Virus record (IMG/VR): IMGVR_UViG_2795385890_000001
Reading direction: 5' to 3' (one strand)
DNA: 64,000 nucleotides
Source of the DNA: a virus
Taxonomy: Duplodnaviria > Heunggongvirae > Uroviricota > Caudoviricetes
Shown: one piece after another, positions 61,824 through 64,000 of the stretch
Layout of the letters: each line of letters starts with the position of its first letter
Position numbering within the stretch: the first letter of the stretch is position 1
The notes under the pieces: generated by a model
The model's input: the letters and a program-made list of their open reading frames with translations, nothing else
What the model was told of the DNA's origin: nothing
Databases searched by the model: none
Program-made: the position numbers and the translations under genes

Positions 61824-64000
61824 TGCCTCGGTCAGTCGATCTGGTCCCGCAGAACTTCAAGACGGAATACGACCCGACCAACCAACTCGCCCAGGACCCG
61901 GCCCTCAAGAAGACGATCACCAACCTCGGCGACGTCCTCAAGCAGCTGCCGGTGATGATCCAGAAGGAGCTCCAGCGGCTCATCGACTCGCTGCTGGGAA
62001 TCGCCACCAACCCCATCCCCGAAATCATCGAGTGGCTGGACGAGCTGAAAAAGGGCATCGCCAACGTCCTGTCGTGGATCAAGCCTGGACTGCTGCCGCT
62101 TATCCCCCTGTCACAGATAGGCGAGTGGTTCCCGAACCTGCTCCTCAACGGCGGCTTCGACACCGACGCCGCGGTGGTCGACAACCCGGATTGGTTGTGG
62201 GACGGCACCATCGGCCGCACCAGCCCTTTGGGATCGGTCAAGGCCGTCATGGCAGGGACCGCAAAATACCTGCACTCCAACGCCATACCGGTGGCCAAGA
62301 AGCAGCACTTGGAACTGGAGGTATTCACCCGCTGGCAGGGCCTCACCGCCGGTGCTGGCACCAACCCCATCCGGCTGGTCGTCACCTCGTACCTGGCGGG
62401 CAACCCCGTCTCGTCGACAGTCGTTGCCCAGCACCAACCGTCGGCGGCCGACAGCAGCGGATGGGTGGAACTGCACGGCACCTACACCGTGCCCGACACC
62501 GGCGTCGACGAAGTCCGCACCACGCTCCTAGTGACCGGCGACGCCACCGCAGGCACCGTATGGTTCGACGACGCCGACACTTGGAAGACCGGAAAGCTCC
62601 CGCAGGACTACGTCCAGGATCTGGTCACCCAGCTGGAACAGTTCGGCACCGACATCGGCAACGCCTTGGAGGAGCTGGCACACAAGGTCGGACTGGACCG
62701 CTTCAAGGAGTTCTTCGACACCGTCGCCGGTCAGGTCAACGCCGAAATCGGCGACATCCAAAACCGTCTCGCGGCAATCACCGCTGACGGCAAGATCGAC
62801 GCCGCAGAGATCTTGGGCTTGCTCGGCCTAGGCAACATCCCGCTACTCCCGCAGACCAAGGTCACCGATCTCCCCGATCTCAACGCCCAGCTGAACCAGA
62901 TACGGGACATCTTCGCCGGGCTCGTTGTCACACCCATCAACTCGACCATCCAGGCAGTCAAGGACTGGTTCGGGCTGAGCAACAACAAGACTCAGAAGCT
63001 CACCGCTGGCGGGACACTGAACGCGGGCGACGTCGTCGGCAATTTCGACATGGGCCGGGTCAACGATCTGGTCAGCAACCTCGGCAACATGCTAACCGGG
63101 GTCAAAACCGGCGCCGACGGAACAGCCACGGGCACAACGGGAACCATCGGCGAGCAGATCAACCAGGCCAAGGACTCACTACTCTCGCTGCTCGGCCTGT
63201 CCCGCGATGCCCTCAAGAGCGCCATCGCGGCACAGACAACGCTCCAAGAGCAGGAAACCGAACAGAACACCGGCGGCGGCAACAGCTACAGCTTCACCTT
63301 CTCCGGTGCCGACGGCGCCGCGCTGAACTCGACAGACTGGACCACCGGACCCAACCCTGGCGATATCACCATCCGCGGGGACTCGGGGTACGCGGGCGTC
63401 AAGAACGGCAACCCAGACGGGTACTTCTTCGCCAGCCCGAACTACACCTACGCCACCGACGGCCAATCAGCCTCATTTGTGTTGGGCGACACACAGAACG
63501 GCAACTACTACTCCGGTGTCTACATCCGATGCGACTCGGGCCGCACCCAGGGCGCCTACTGCCTGGCCAAAGAGGGCGAAATCCGCATCGGCAAGTTCAC
63601 CCGCTCGGGCACCAGCTGGTCATTCAGCGCACCCCTGACCCTGCAAACCGGTCTCTCGGCGGTCAAGCAGGGCGCGCGCATCGAGATCCGCTGCTCCGGC
63701 ACCAACTACTTCGTCCGCGTCAACGGCCGCCAAATCCTCTCGGCCACCGACGCAGGCAACTCCATCAACATCGGTGCCGCATACCGGTATTCGATGTTCA
63801 GTGTGCAGCGGGCAAGTCCGTTCTTCACTTACGACTCCTACCGCATCGCCGCCTTCGCGATGTCCGACTACACCTCAGCGGGAGCGGGATTCTCGATGTC
63901 AAACTCGTGGAGCATCCGACGCGACAGCACCGCCGACGTCACCTACGGCCCCTATTCCTCCGGCGCATTCCCGTCCGGGTTCTTCACATTCAACGACTAC
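61823..64000 (+). CDS. Minor tail protein (large, 3'-partial; continues beyond the window)
   Basis: ATG shares a base with the upstream TAA. At least 726 codons open to the window end; Gly/Thr/Ser-rich beta-type C-terminal region typical of fibre/receptor-binding proteins. Confidence 0.55.
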   Translation, partial: MPRSVDLVPQNFKTEYDPTNQLAQDPALKKTITNLGDVLKQLPVMIQKELQRLIDSLLGIATNPIPEIIEWLDELKKGIANVLSWIKPGLLPLIPLSQIGEWFPNLLLNGGFDTDAAVVDNPDWLWDGTIGRTSPLGSVKAVMAGTAKYLHSNAIPVAKKQHLELEVFTRWQGLTAGAGTNPIRLVVTSYLAGNPVSSTVVAQHQPSAADSSGWVELHGTYTVPDTGVDEVRTTLLVTGDATAGTVWFDDADTWKTGKLPQDYVQDLVTQLEQFGTDIGNALEELAHKVGLDRFKEFFDTVAGQVNAEIGDIQNRLAAITADGKIDAAEILGLLGLGNIPLLPQTKVTDLPDLNAQLNQIRDIFAGLVVTPINSTIQAVKDWFGLSNNKTQKLTAGGTLNAGDVVGNFDMGRVNDLVSNLGNMLTGVKTGADGTATGTTGTIGEQINQAKDSLLSLLGLSRDALKSAIAAQTTLQEQETEQNTGGGNSYSFTFSGADGAALNSTDWTTGPNPGDITIRGDSGYAGVKNGNPDGYFFASPNYTYATDGQSASFVLGDTQNGNYYSGVYIRCDSGRTQGAYCLAKEGEIRIGKFTRSGTSWSFSAPLTLQTGLSAVKQGARIEIRCSGTNYFVRVNGRQILSATDAGNSINIGAAYRYSMFSVQRASPFFTYDSYRIAAFAMSDYTSAGAGFSMSNSWSIRRDSTADVTYGPYSSGAFPSGFFTFNDY

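Noticed and set aside
1-64000. Integrase / site-specific recombinase next to the tRNA-derived att core
   Set aside because: Searched all + and - ORFs for tyrosine-recombinase (R..H..R..Y) or serine-recombinase signatures. None was found in this window, so it presumably lies outside it.

Overview
This 64-kb window is a high-GC (about 68%) actinobacterial siphovirus-type prophage or phage genome segment. Almost every gene is on the + strand in a tightly coupled gene train (ATGA/GTGA start-stop overlaps). The window starts inside the 3' end of a tRNA gene, a likely att core, followed by a divergent XRE-repressor / excisionase-like switch with ATGCGC-type palindromic operators. No integrase is present in the window. 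An early region (0.4-28 kb) encodes ParB-like nuclease, DnaQ-like exonuclease, HNH endonuclease, a RecE/Cas4-like exonuclease plus RecT-like annealase pair, an SPFH/band-7 membrane protein, a DUF5131 (Gp37/Gp68) protein, a metallophosphoesterase, a J-domain protein and many small zinc-ribbon proteins. It also holds a divergent tandem duplication of a 5-gene module. The two 'A' paralogs of that module carry iteron-like inverted-repeat arrays inside their coding sequence. The most striking element is at 28.5-31.3 kb. It is a tandem array of about six ~110-135-nt repeats with canonical tRNA T-arms and D-arms in circularly permuted order (T-arm, closed acceptor hairpin, D-arm, no anticodon arm), with covarying flanking helices. 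The array lies immediately upstream of a Ro60/TROVE+vWA (Rsr-like) gene. I interpret it as a phage-borne Ro / YrlA-like Y-RNA module, bounded by two related AT-containing palindromes. The late region (37-64 kb) encodes a P-loop-kinase/HNH fusion, a ParB-domain/DNA-methyltransferase fusion with an upstream C9 tract, TerS, TerL, portal, prohead protease, an HK97-type capsid, head-tail connectors, major tail protein, the G/GT chaperone, a tape measure with an NlpC/P60 domain, and minor tail / collagen-like fibre proteins. The last minor tail gene runs off the window. Coordinates for CDS boundaries follow the supplied ORF track; non-CDS coordinates were counted from the sequence lines and may be off by a nucleotide or two.
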